From the NCBI RefSeq assembly GCF_006345805.1, contig NC_043002.1, forward strand, positions 101,990,001-102,054,000: a DNA stretch of 64,000 nt. The letters are read 5' to 3'. Every line of letters begins with the position of its first letter. Position 1 is the first letter of the stretch. The DNA is from Octopus sinensis (Eukaryota). Of this stretch, positions 27,190 to 41,372 are shown piece by piece. The notes beneath the pieces are model-generated. The model searched no databases. It saw only the letters and a list, made by a program, of their open reading frames with translations, and was not told the origin of the DNA. A program made the position numbers and the translations under genes.

Positions 27190-28580
27190 TGCCGGGTAGG
27201 TCTATAGTTCTTGTAGTTTGCATAATTCTATACATGCAATTTGGGGAGTGTTCTGAGATCTTGTTAAGGAGAGGGCCTTTGGCGAACAAGATCTCTAGGC
27301 TCTCCGAAATGCAAAGGTCACAGCAGGTATGGCCTCCTGTGTACGAACGCGCCTTCTGTAGTAGTTTCCACTCGGTCTTGAAGGGGATGGAGTTCCTTTT
27401 AAGGTACCAGATGTGGGCGGCGAGGGTAGTTTGGTTGGATTTATCCGGTCGCCGAACGAAGTGTGTGTGTTGCGTACCAACGGGTCTTAAAGCTGTTTGA
27501 CGTCATTCCGATGTAGGACTTTCTTTTATCGTCAGGGCCTGATCTTACCTCGCATGTATATACTAGGTCCCTCTGTAGGCAGTTGTTGTTGAGGGGGCAG
27601 GTGGTTTATCAGGGCAGTTGCAATTGCTATCGGACGTTGGATGGGCCTCGGAAAAAGTAGATATGTTAAGTTTTTTCACATTGGTGTTGGCTAGGTTCCT
27701 GGCTAGATTGGGCGTGGTAGAGTAGGAGAGTCTAATAGTGTTCTATTTAGGATAGTGTAGTACTTTTTGGTTGGGTGGGGAAGTGTTTCTGTAGGAGAGT
27801 GAAGAAGATTTTAGCTACAGGTGTAGCGACCTCACGGTTGAAGGGGGGGTTGTACCAGCTAATGTGTCTTCGTCTATTTTTCCTGGGTTGGAGTGGGGCT
27901 ATACTAGTATAGGTAATCTTATCTTTAAAGCCACTGCGGGCCAGGGCCTCGTTGTAATAGGGGGCTGCGGCCTTAAGATATCTTCCGTGGCGGACAGGCT
28001 AGAAATTCTAATTGAGACACTTTTTACTAGGTTATCTAATATATTTTTGGGGTGGTTGGAATTAATATCTATATATCTAAGGGATTCATTTGGTTTGTGG
28101 TACGGGTAATAAAGTGAGGTTTTTAAGTCGAGGGTGACATCAAGGAAGTTAGCTTTGGTTAAGTTGGATTCTAAGGTAATCCTAAGGCCTAAGTTTTTAA
28201 AGAAGTGTAAAGATTTTTCCGGAACCCATCGTGGTCCTGGGGTTTATTTTGTGGAGGGCGAAAAGGCCGTCATCGCGGTAAAGACCACCGGAGAGGCCTG
28301 TGAATAGGGTTTTCAGCCTATGGAGGATGAAAAGGCCCACTAGGTCACTTATTTCAGCCGAGTCGCTAGCACCCATGCTGACGTCGAAGGGGGTCACAGA
28401 TTTTTTGTTGATCCAGTGGGATCCGTCGTGGAAAAGAAAAGTCTTACGTGCATGGAGGATCACATCTTGCTCGGCCTCGGTGATGGTGGAGGACCTCCTG
28501 GCGAAGTTAATCGCGTCGATCAGCAAGCTCTCCGATATCGAGGCGTAGTAATCCTCGATATCCAGTTGTAGGAATCGGGT
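27190..28580 (-). mobile_element. Penelope-like retroelement, Naiad-type, 5'-truncated: RT (from motif 3) + thumb + C-terminal GIY-YIG endonuclease
   Basis: RFLQLDIEDYYASISESLL..PFDVSMGASDSAEISDLVGLFIL..GLYRDDGL..ANFLDVTLDL..YHKPN..SNHPKNI..RRRHISWYNPPFN..CNCPDK.TCPLNNNCLQRDLVYTCEV..KSYIGMTSNSFKTRW..QTTLAAHIWYLK..CDLCISESLEI..LLNK. The frames are joined by several 1-nt indels. Confidence 0.9.
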
Positions 28581-28597
28581 ATATATACACGCGCACG

Positions 28598-28630
<33 letters not shown>

Positions 28631-28775
28631 TTATATATACGTTTGTATGTGTATGCATGCATTTGGTAGTAATTTATCTTCATTTTGAGATTAAAATAAT
28701 CATTCTTTGATTTCATTTTCATGAGCAAGTGCTTTATTAAAATATTTGTTTTAGCAGAAATTCATACAATAAATA

Positions 28776-28997
28776 TGTTTCTTTACTACCCACAAGGGGC
28801 TAAACACAGAGGGGACAAACAGGGACAGACAAACGGATTAAGTCGATTACATCGACCCCAGCGCGTAACTGGTACTTAATTTATCGACCCTGAAAGGATG
28901 AAAGGCAAAGTCGACCTCGGCGGAATTTGAACCCAGAACGTAACGGCAGACGAAATACGGCTACGCATTTCACCCGGCATGCTATAGTTTCTGCCAG
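28776..28997 (-). mobile_element. SINE family A with 13-bp target-site duplication
   Basis: Flanked by catacaataaata at 28763-28775 and 28998-29010. Confidence 0.92.
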
Positions 28998-30689
28998 CAT
29001 ACAATAAATACAGAAAATTTAATTCAGATTAAGCAGAATCAAGTAAATTCTTAGGAAGTGTTAGTTGTTGGTGTTTTATTCTATCGACCCAGTAAAACAC
29101 GAAGAACAACTCTGACTTCGTCAGCGTTTTCACTCAGAGCATAATAAGTACTCAGCAACACTACCGCGAATCATGTTGTCTAAAGCTATTACAATTCAGT
29201 CCGGCCAACTGAATGAAATTATTTCTGGCATGCACACAAGTCCTGAAAATATGGGAAAGGAATATTTGAGAACATGGTTGGCACTAACGTTATTCTGTTC
29301 TCAGTTAAATGAATGGGTAAGACGACCCCGGTGCGATTTCTATCCAGAGGCATAACAAGGAATTTGTGACGTTAAAATATATAATGGTTGTAATTTCCTC
29401 CTCTTAAAATGATTACGACTGCAAATTTATAATTGGTGTAATTTAGATGCTTACTGCAATTGAAATAAAAGTGGAATAAACTTATGAAATATTATTGAGT
29501 GAATAGTCCGAAAAAAATTATATATATTAAACTTGGGTTTGATTGGCAAAGATCAGTCAGGAGCAGAATTAATTGTATAAATGAAGAAAATAGGAATATA
29601 TTAATAAATTATTGATTAAAGTAATAGAAAAGCTGTACATATTGGATTTCTATGATTTTCTTCGGTATTTTTTGCCTACAGAATTACCTATTATATTCTT
29701 ATATACAATAAGACTTGCTTGTCAATTTACCGATAACCTATTTAAAAGACAGTTCTAATATGAATAAATTGTGTTTACTCTGCTAAAGAATTTCTTGTGA
29801 GTATCCGTAGAATTTTCAAAACTCTTCTGCTGTTCTTAATTTCTACTAATTTAATTTATAATTGCGTTAGTCGTTCATATTCAATTAACTTCGTTTATAT
29901 ACTAATTACATCTTAGGTTTCTCTTCAGTAAGTTAAACCAAGATAAATATTTGTTAGCTCTCTTAATAAAAATATAGTTGTTTCATTGACATACATTCAA
30001 ATTTAAACGGATCGCGTTTATATAAAAGCCGTTAAAAATATGTCGTCGATTAAGTCAACAGAAGTAGTACTAACAGTGGTGACGGTATTGAGGATTTTCT
30101 TTTCTTCTTATGGTGCAGACGGTGATGAAGATGAACACGATAATGACTAAAAATGTTTTCAATATCACCGTCATCATCCTCATCATCACCATCATCATCA
30201 ACATCACCATCATATTCATCATCATCATTGCCATAAACAGTCATTATAAGGGCGATTAGGAAATTTACCTGCATTCCCCAAACATTTGCAACAAGTTTCC
30301 CTTTAACTTTCATCTGAATCTATATACACATTTGATGTACATATATGCATCTAAGGCTTGGGTATATATATATATATATATATATATACTTTTTTTAAAA
30401 GCAGCAGAAATATAACAAAAGCTGTTACTCAGAGTTTCACGTTTTATTCAACAAAGCAATAACAACAATTATTAAATATATCTTTAAGTGATTATTTCGG
30501 AGCATATTAACCATCAACTTCAATTACTGCTCCCCATTTGCTTGGCAACCAGTCGGAATAATCATTTAAATTGTTTTCGTTAAATATTGTTATAGTTTTT
30601 GTTGAATAAAATTCATTGAAAAACAGCCGCAGTAATTATGCACCAACCTAATATTCTACCTTTTATGGGCTTCAGTTAGGGATGAAGCC

Positions 30690-31860
30690 ATGCTGGTGCA
30701 CCGACTTTACTGCATTCGCGGATTTTTTCAGTATTGCTTCTGGAGAAGTAGCGAATTGGACGTCGTTGCTCTTATTTGTGCCTCCTGCCGCGGTGTGGCT
30801 TCTTCCTGATTTGCAGATAAAAAGCTGTCCAGATTTATTTTTGTACACTTCCATGTCTAGACTTCCATGTCTACACCTTACAGATCCCTGATGTTCTGCG
30901 GTAGGGCATTAAATCGTTGTGGTCCCTTGAATCCCAAGCTATAACAGTATTGGCTTCGTATCCTCGATGGAGAAGATGGGACTGTTGGTACTCTGAAGTG
31001 CCGTCCAGTTCGGGGATTGTTGTAGATTTCAATTCCGTAATTTGGAGCTGGACCCTCCATTATTTCCCCCATGTATAGCACTGTGTATCTCTCACCTCTC
31101 CTCTCCAGTTACCTCAATCTCTCTCATTAGCCCATGTATTTTATTGAGTCTATCTTCTTTGGGAAGTGGCTTTGGGTCGCTCTATTACCGCAATTAGTTT
31201 TACACTCTGTGGTGATCACAGTTGGGAGCAGTAGTCTAGACGACTGAGGGCAACGTTTCTCCATAACAGAAGCATTGTGTCTCCGTTCCTGGTGCTGAAG
31301 GATCTAAGGATCCACCGTGCCACCCGCCTGCATAGAGTTGCCATTCGAACAAGGTGCACATGGAAATTTGCGTCGTTGCTCAGTAGGATTCCGAGGTCAC
31401 GCATCGACTCTAACTCTGGAATTACTTTGCCTGCTGGTCCCCGGCTACTTCAGCCGTAGTTTGTTTGTGGGCTGATAGCGGAGTGCTTGGAATTTTGCGC
31501 CATGGAACTGCTTATCATTGTGTTCAGGTCATTCTGCAGTCTTATGATGTCAGTAGGATCCTTGACCGCCTGTAATTCTTGTGTATCATCGGCGTAGCTG
31601 GTGTGTGTGGATGACTCTATGGCTGAGGGCATGTCCGAGAGTGCAACCACAAGCAGTAATGGACGTAGCACTGTTCCTGGGGGACTTCACTGAAGATTGG
31701 TGTCACTTTAGAGAGAGCCCTATTTGCTGCGACTGCCTGACTTCTGCCCCTTAGGCAGTCACAGCAAATTTAAGGCTGAATTCGATTCCGCTTTCTTTCA
31801 GTTCCCAAATCTTGCTAGATAAGGACGTACAATTGGCTTTGTAGTTGAGATGATATGTCA
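30690..31860 (-). mobile_element. CR1/L2-group LINE, decayed RT C-terminal half
   Basis: ..SYADDTQ..DIIRLQNDLN..; MRDLGILLSNDANFHVHL..WILRSFSTR..SRLDYCSQL; ..NPRTGRHFRVP..SLGFKGPQRFNALPQNIRDL. Confidence 0.85.
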
Positions 31861-33790
31861 CAAATTGCGTGACCACGGTATCGCTGGTAGACTGGAATAT
31901 AATAAGAAAAGCGCAGCCTTATGGAGATAGTCGATACGGCTGCGAGCTGTGCTCGATGGAAACTTATTTTTATGTATAGGGACAAGAGGAACCTGATAAA
32001 TAATAGATTAGACCTAAGAGTATCTTGCGTACATAAACATTTCGAAATTAGCGTTTAAATGTGCTATACTTGAACCTGGATGAGGGAAGTTCATTTTTAG
32101 TGTACCATCTGATGTGAACTTTTCCCCTAGTATTATATATAATATAATCATGGGATATTGAGTAATATGATGAATTAAAGTGCATTGCGTATGTTATAAG
32201 CTATATGGTATGATATGTGGTATGCTACATGTAGTTATTATCCTATGAATAATGCTGCCTAGTTAAGTCTGACTTCATTATATTTTTGCTGATTAAACTA
32301 TTTGTTCCTTTCTATGATGTTCTACCCTTCTAATCGTATTATAAATTTTCTAATGGCTTTTATGTAAGTAAGTCTCCTAATTATATACACCTGTGGAACT
32401 ATAAAATCATGTATGTAAATAGCAAAGTTAACTTCATAACTTATAGAATACCCCTTCGGTCTGAATACCTCCAACTGCCCTCTCTACTACCATACCTATT
32501 GCTTCTTCTTTGAGGTAATCTTTCTCTCTTCTCAACCTCAAATTTTAATTTTGATACTCTGTCTCTTTAAAATGTAAGTTATATATATATTTTTTTACTA
32601 TTCTCTATAATTTCTGATTATTTTCTTTTCTTATTTTGATATCTTTACCTATTAACCTCTTCTCCCTTATAAATTGTTACTCTTCTTAAACAGAGATATA
32701 TACTTTCTAGTTACTTAAGTCTATGAGAGTTGATTCCAACATCAATAATAAAGTATAAATATTTGTGTATATTTGCATGTGTACGCATAGTTGAATATGA
32801 GTGTGTATCTCTACACAACTTATTTTTTCCGTTTTTTTTTCTTCTGATTCTTAGCTTATAACTAATGTATAGATGATATGCTTTGTCGCCTCAGTATCGC
32901 ATAAGTAAATACTTAGAGCAATCTTTATAGAAACCAACTGATAAGTAAATAATTAAGTACGGGAATGAATATTAAACTAATTCTATGTAATCTTCGCTTT
33001 CTAACGTTAAAAATTGGTATATATCTATTTTATCTATTTTGGTTGTAATGTCATTTTTAATCATCTTAAATTTTATTTTTATACATTATAACACTACTGT
33101 TTGTATACCATAACACATAGTACCCCATGTTAATTTCCTCTTTATTAACATCATAGGTTTTATTAACGTCTTGCCCCTTTAGCTGGTAATTAACATCTTG
33201 ATTTGGGGTCCTCTCCTACCCAGTCTTCTTTATAAACAATTATTTTATACTAATCCTAGAAATCTTGACAATATTTATAACCATACCCAGCTACTTGCTA
33301 TCAACTCACTCCTGCCCTCCATTCTAAACAGACACAGTCTTCTAGTCTTAGATTTGGTAGTTGATAAAAAGACTAATAACTTAAAAATAAACCACAATCC
33401 TCTGCAGCTATGACTCCAACAAACTTCATACAATTCTTGGATGTTTATTATATTCTTAGCTACATTAGTGGCAACATGGACACTTTCCGCCTTCTTGCTC
33501 TATTAGAGCATTGAGTAAAATTATATTAATGTGTCCAATTGAGTAAAACTTTTATTTATTTATACAGCTGAGGATAGCCTTGCATTTAAATTGATGTAAA
33601 GATTGCATTGTTCAATAAAATGGAACCGCTTAATATCCTGCTGCTTATTTTGATTATATATATAATGAGTACATATATATATATATATACATATATTTAT
33701 GTATTATATATAGTATATATATATGTACAGACATATATATATATATAATATATATAATATATATATAATGTGTGTATATATATATATCTT

Positions 33791-34047
33791 ATATTTGTGC
33801 GCTTGTGTGTCTGTGTTTGTCTCGCCACCATCGCCTGACCATTGATGATGGTGTGTCTATATCCCCGTGAGCTAGTGGTTCATCAGAACAGACCGATAGA
33901 ATAACTACTAGGCTTATAGAGAATAAGTCCTGGAATCGATTTCTTCGACTAGCACCATTTAAGGTGGTGCTCCAGCATGGCCGACGTCAAATGACTAGAA
34001 CAAGTAAAAGAATAACAGAATATATGCCAATAACGTGTATAGATGTG

Positions 34048-34093
<46 letters not shown>

Positions 34094-34491
34094 GCTTTTG
34101 TGAATGTGTATGCATATCTTTATTATGTATTTATGTTGGTTAGAAAGCAAATATATATCTACCCACTCCTTTGTATTTCCGCACACACAACGTTGTCATA
34201 GCGAAAACGATTTGATAACATAGAACCTTTGAGTGATGGCTATCCAGATAGATGTGTCAGAGAGCAGAGAGAGGTAACTATGTGTAAACAGATCGCTTAT
34301 TGACACAGCACACACAGCTGGTGTTTGACCGTCTGTCGCAGATGACTCGAGCATAGCCTGAAATAGATGAATGCGTGTGCATATGTATGTATGCATGTAT
34401 TTATGTTTGCATGTATGTATGTGTGTCTGTGAGGATATGTAAGTAAGTATCTATGTATATGTATGTACACACAAACGTTATATATATATAT

Positions 34492-34522
<31 letters not shown>

Positions 34523-34553
34523 CGTATATATATATGTATATATATGTATATAA

Positions 34554-34586
<33 letters not shown>

Positions 34587-34941
34587 GCATATATATATAT
34601 GTAATATATATATGTATATATATGTATATATATGTGTATATGTATATATATGTGTATATATATATATGTGTGTATATATATATATCTATATTTGTGCGCT
34701 TGTGTGTCTGTGTTTGTCTCGCCACATCGCCTGACCATGATGATGGTGTGTCTATATCCCCGTGAGCTAGTGGTTCATCAGAACAGACCGATAGAATAAC
34801 TACTAGGCTTATAGAGAATAAGTCCTGGAATCGATTCTTCGACTAGCACCATTTAAGGTGGTGCTCCAGCATGGCCGACGTCAAATGACTAGAACAAGTA
34901 AAAGAATAACAGAATATATGCCAATAACGTGTATAGATGTG

Positions 34942-34987
<46 letters not shown>

Positions 34988-35371
34988 GCTTTTGTGAATG
35001 TGTATGCATATCTTTATTATGTATTTATGTTGGTTAGAAAGCAAATATATATCTACCCACTCCTTTGTATTTCCGCACACACAACGTTGTCATAGCGAAA
35101 ACGATTTGATAACATAGAACCTTTGAGTGATGGCTATCCAGATAGATGTGTCAGAGAGCAGAGAGAGGTAACTATGTGTAAACAGATCGCTTATTGACAC
35201 AGCACACACAGCTGGTGTTTGACCGTCTGTCGCAGATGACTCGAGCATAGCCTGAAATAGATGAATGCGTGTGCATATGTATGTATGCATGTATTTATGT
35301 TTGCATGTATGTATGTGTGTCTGTGAGGATATGTAAGTAAGTATCTATGTATATGTATGTACACACAAACG

Positions 35372-35418
<47 letters not shown>

Positions 35419-35420
35419 TA
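33791..35420 (+). repeat. ~897-bp tandem duplication (SINE B tail + unique segment + microsatellite)
   Basis: 33791-34687 is repeated from 34688; the identical ORFs at 33995/34889 and 34196/35090 confirm it. Copies differ mainly by 1-nt indels and microsatellite length. Confidence 0.92.
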
Positions 35421-35448
35421 TATATATATGTATATATATATGTATATA

Positions 35449-35479
<31 letters not shown>

Positions 35480-38400
35480 GCATATATATATATGTATATA
35501 TATATGTATATATATGTATATATATGTGTATATGTATATATATGTGTATATATATATATGTGTGTATATATATATGTATATATATATGTGTATATATATA
35601 TGTATATGTATATATATATATGTGTATGTATATATATATATATGTATATATATGTATATATATGTATATATGTATGTATGTATGTGTGCATATCTATGTA
35701 TGTGTGTTCGTGTCCTCGTTTATTTTATGTATGTTTCTCTCTGTATATATCCATATGCATATGTGAGTAGGTGTATGAATGTGTTCCTATATATATATAT
35801 ATATTATATATATATACACATACACAGAGAAAGAGATGAAGAGTGAAAGAAAGAAAATGTGAGAGAGGAAGAGAGAGGGAGAGAATATGAAAGAATAGAA
35901 AAAAACCAGGCTAACTCATACCGTCCCGCAAACTTTAAAACCTATTAAGCTGATTGGATCTCATTGTAATTTTTCCAATTCTATGGTTTGTTTTGGTCTG
36001 TTAGTGAATGTATTTGTTTATCTATTTTTCGCGTCCGTTAATCACGTTTCGAAAATAGTCTCAAACCGAGTCGCTTTCTCCTATCAGAGCTAAAAAGCAG
36101 ATTTTACAAACATTTCAGTTACATTAGTAATCATGCTAAGAGTGTTTACATATGGTCGAGGTGTACTTAGTCTTTGAAAATGTCTGATTTGATAATTAGT
36201 TTTGTTACTGCTACAGGTAGCTGTTGTTGTTGTTGTTGTTGGCAGTGGTGGTGGTGGTGGTGGTGGTAGTGGCGTTTGTTGGTGTAAATGTGGACGTTGC
36301 ATTGTTGCGTTGTTAAGAAAATCGCTTCGCAAACAATTTCTCGATTTCGATCCCATTGCACATCTACTTGGGATGTGTCGTCGTTAATCATTGTCTTCCT
36401 TTGACCGAAATCTTGTGAATGGAGTTTGCCTGAAAGAAACTATGGATGCCCGTCAGATGCCTTTTGCTTGCAATACAAAGATCCGTCATTGACACTCACT
36501 ATTTCCCTCTGAAATTACTTCAATTTAACGATAGGGTCACTGCTGTGGGAATGTGTGTGTGTGTGTGTGAGACACTTATGCTTCAATCCAATCTGTAAGC
36601 TATTCAGTTGAGCCCAAAACTGGAATACGCATTGCCTTCTCGGATGAATGTCCATTTCCCGTCACTTCGTTACTTTGTTGAAATAAAGTTATTTCACTTT
36701 CGGTCGTCGAGTGTTGTCGTCATGATTGCTAGGTTATCGGTTGGGTTTAACATGTAACTATGATCAGAACCCACGAACCTTTACTAAGCTTTCAAGAAGG
36801 CTGAGAGTTAGGGATGACGTTATTCTCAGTCTAAAGACTAACCAGAATGTTTGCCGACGTCCTTGTTGTTCCATTTTTGAACGTGACCAATTTGTCTTAC
36901 AAATGCTGGTATTATCAAGCCACTATTTCGTTAACTGGAGCTAGGGAGTTTCAAGTTTTCTGAACCATCCATTTTAATCTCGTGGAATTGGTAAATGCTG
37001 ATTCAGTTGCAAATGAATTTGTTTTTATGTCACTCATCACTCATCTGTCAGTCTAAACGAGTATAGTGAAGGCAGTATTTATTTATAGGATCTACAAGAG
37101 CTGAGTTCATCCGGTAGAATATTCGACGGCCAGGATAATCTAGAAGTGCTTCGGGAACTCTGCTGAGAATAGTAAACTTATACCATGGGGAACATCTCCC
37201 ATAGGCCTTGGTTATTAATGTCGTGTATTCCTGACATTTGATTGTGCGCAATTGGTTCTGATGTAAGCACACATTGTGTAAAATTTCAAGTGAAAACCTC
37301 TTATACTTGTACTTGAACAAACAAAAGGGTCGAAACCGAATCCTTCTCTTGCCTTAGATCTTATATAAGGAAAGCTCACTTTAGGTGACACAATACTAGG
37401 GATATAAAAAAATGTCAAAATTGTCACAGCGTTTCTTTGATCCTAGATCTGCTCAATCTGGTTTCAAACTGCACTCGGTTGTGGTGACCCGGGTCAGAAG
37501 TGTTCGATCTGCAGAGTATGAAACCTCCTCTTAGACACTATCTATCCGCGGTCTACTCTGGCCTGGATTATTAGATTCTGGAAGGATCTCAGGTTTGACC
37601 TTTTTAACAGTCTCAGGAATCAGTCACTCCTATATACCACAACGGAAGTAGAGCATAGAGCAACAATCCCTTTAGCTGTTCATCTAAGAGAAGGTAACTA
37701 CCTAGAAATTCTGGCCCCTGAAAAATGCTGGGCTCGGGGAAGTTTTTGCACCAGGTCACTACATATTTGCAGCACGAGAGAGCAGAGATGGTTTTGCACG
37801 CACGATTAAAACTCTGATGATGATCCCCTGCTACATCGGGGTGTAATTTAGAATAGGCTAAGCGAGTAAACCCCAAAAGAAAAGCGAGTAAACCCCCAAA
37901 GACCATAAAGACAGATTTACTTGACCAATATCTTGCAGCCGCTACGGCTGTATTTATGATACGTTGGTATTGACTTGTTTTTATTTTGGACATATATATG
38001 TGTGGAGATGTGTTGAGCATATTTAGGGATTGGAACTTTGCTTCTGGAAACTGTCTGTACTCTTGCAGAAGTGGTAACATGACTGTCTCTAGAATACTAT
38101 AGACCAAGACGGAAAAGCCTAACGAAGTCTGCTCGATCAAGCTTGGATGTGTGCTACACAACAGGGGAAGAGACATTATGTTTAATAGACTCAGATATCA
38201 TGTTTGTGAAATAGGATGGGTCAGGGCTAGATGTTACTTGACCATTTCGATCAGAGATGACCTGGAGAGGGAAGAGTAGACAAAATCATCAAAGTACACA
38301 ATACATTCTAATGTGTGTGTGTGTGTGTGTGTTCATGCATGTCTATGATACGCACTACTGTGTTGTCTGCGATGTGTCAAAGTACGTATAATGAATATGT

Positions 38401-39402
38401 TTGGCATGATTTAAGTTTATCTTTTAGGCCAAGCCAGCGTCAAAGGAAACTCTATGAAAATCGTGGCATTCGCCGCTCTTTGTAATAACCACAATATCTC
38501 AAATTAATAACAGATATGCCTTTTTCTCACACTCTCTCTTAATCTCTGTCTTTCATTCTCTTTATGTATGTACGTATGAATGTATGTATGTAACTGCTAT
38601 TTTTCTTTCTCTGTATACACATATCTATATAGAGATCCGTATATGTATACATATACACGCACACACATACTGAAACAGGCATATATATATACATATATGC
38701 ATATATATATATATGTCTACACACACACACATATATATATATATATGTATATATATGTGTGTGTGTGTGTGTTTGTGTGTGTATGTATAGGTATATATAT
38801 ATGTGTGTTTGTGTGTGTGTGTTTGCACACACACGTTCTTTGAAGCTAATCAGTTTTGTTGGTCTCTTTCAAAACACATACCTACGTTGAAACAATCAAC
38901 AACAAACAACGAGCATCGCTATCTGATAACCGATTCCATTCCTCATCATCTTCGAATGCTTGTTTAGAGAGATGAGAGTGTGCTGACAATGCTGACGTAG
39001 AACTGCACCAGAATAAACATTTCCAAACACAAATAGCATTTCGATATTTCTTCGTTGTATCGTCGTTAACATCCACATCTATATAATTTCCTAATTGCTT
39101 TATAGAGTCAATAGAGTCTGCGGAATCCTTTGAAATCTTCAGCTCGTGATTACATATAATTTTATATGTTAAATTGTTACAAGCTTATCTATGACGCCTT
39201 AGGAATTTCAATTATAGAAATGAATCTTAGTGTTTCGCTTTTATTCCAATTCCGAGAATAAATAATTTAAGGTTAATAAACAATTTGTTTCGTGAAGCGA
39301 AAATTAACTCTACGTGGAAGAAGATTTATATTCTTGGCAGATTTAACTCTGAACTATTACTGGAATATGTTTGCAAAGACAATAATAATAATAATAATAA
39401 TA

Positions 39403-39433
<31 letters not shown>

Positions 39434-39438
<5 letters not shown>

Positions 39439-39827
39439 CCCTTATGCAGTACCAGGCAGTCGCTCTTTTGGCTTCCCATCTTAACTGATTGGAAGTACTT
39501 TGGGCTACAACAACTATTCTACTCAATATCAAAAATTTTCTTGTCAGTTGTTTGACCTTAACCAGTTGAGCATGTCCCTTCGTGGCCGATGAAATGTATA
39601 TATCTGATCAGGAGCAGAAGTAGTGGGGGAGCATCTTAGCCATGTGTTGAGAAGAATTCTTTGGAGTTTGAATAATTAACACCTGGAAACTTGGATGTTT
39701 CATTCAATCTCCTTAATTAACCCTTATTCAGGAACATTTTGAGCGGGATGGGCTACTCGACCTGGAAAAAATTCCAACTGGATCGCGCTGCAAGCCCATT
39801 CGCTGTTTATCTTGATATGCGACCACC

Positions 39828-39881
<54 letters not shown>

Positions 39882-40984
39882 GCCCTGATGCAGTACCAGG
39901 CAGTGGCTCTCATGGCTTCTGATCTTAACTGATTGGAAGTGTTATCATGTACATTGTTTTGTCTTGGTATAAAAGATGGGCTACAGCAAATATTCTGCTC
40001 AATACCACAGATTTGCTTGTCAGTTGTTTGACCTTAACCAGTTGAGCATGTCCCTTAGTGGCTGACGATATGTGCATCTCTGATCACGAGCAGAAGTAGT
40101 GGGGGAGCATCATAGCCATGTGTTGAGAGGGATTGTTGGGGGTTTGAATAATTCACCTCTGGAAACATGGGTGGTTCTTTCAACATCCTTAAACAACCCT
40201 TATTCAGGGACCTTTTGAGCGGGATGGGCTACTCAACCTGAAGAAAATTCTAACTGGGCCCCACCTGCAAGGTCATGTGCTGTTTATCATGATATGAGAT
40301 CACCATGTCGCGCACATATGGTTGTGATGCATGTGCCTGGTATACCCTTATCAGACGGGTAGTCATGATGGGTATATTGGGCTTTGTATATTTTACCCCA
40401 GTGTCACTTTGATGGCATGCACTGCTCTCTCACTCAATAATAATAATAATAAATGCCCTTATGCAGTATCAGGCAGTGGCCCTCGTGGCATTTGATCTTA
40501 GCTGATTGGACGTATTATCATGTACATTGTTTTGGTCTTGGTATAAAACATGGGCTATAGCAAATATTCTGCTCAATACCACAGATATGCCTGTCAGCTG
40601 TTTGACCTTAACCGGTTGAGCATGTCCCTTAGTGGCTAGTGATACGTGCATCTCTGATCACGAACAGAAGTAGTAGAGGAGAATCATAGCTATGTGTTGA
40701 AAGGAATTCTTGAACGTTTGGATAATTCACCATTGGAAACATAGGTGATTTGTTCAACATCCTTAAACAATCATTATTCAGGAACCTTTTGAGCGGGATG
40801 AGTTACTCGACCAGAAGAAAATTCTAACTGGGCCCCACCTGCAAGGTCATGCGCTCTTTATTTTGATATGGTTGTGATGCATGTGCCTGGTGTATCCTTA
40901 TCAGACGGGTAGCCATGATGGGCATACTGGGCTTCGTATATTTTACCCCTGTATCACTTTGATGGCATGCACTGCTCTCTTACT
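39434..40984 (-). mobile_element. Three copies of a ~560-bp non-coding interspersed element, each bounded by (AAT)n
   Basis: Copies at 39434-39828 (truncated), 39878-40435 and 40451-40984 share atgcagtaccaggcagt...gtttgaccttaaccagttgagcatgtccctt...ttttgagcgggatgggctactcgacc. They are visibly diverged from each other. Strand is inferred from which end is truncated. Confidence 0.85.
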
Positions 40985-41103
40985 AAAAACAACAATAATA
41001 ATAATAATAATAATAATAATAAAGATGATGATCATTATTATTATTATTATCATTATATTGTCTATGCAAGAAGTCTAACGCTGGAGATGTGCGAAGGTGT
41101 CAG

Positions 41104-41155
<52 letters not shown>

Positions 41156-41334
41156 GTTAGCAGGGAATATTAAACTGCAACTATGTCTCCCCATTAGGAT
41201 TTGAACTACGATGCAAAATATGTTATAAAAGTTACTTAATTATTGACTTGCTAATTTCGATAGTTAAAGCGATAATACTTTTTTGATCATCATTATTATT
41301 ATTATTATCATTATTATTATCATTATTATTATTA

Positions 41335-41372
<38 letters not shown>

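Noticed and set aside
27190-28580. Selenocysteine recoding in the Naiad-type element
   Set aside because: The conserved Cys positions use TGC/TGT, and no in-frame TGA remains after frameshift repair.
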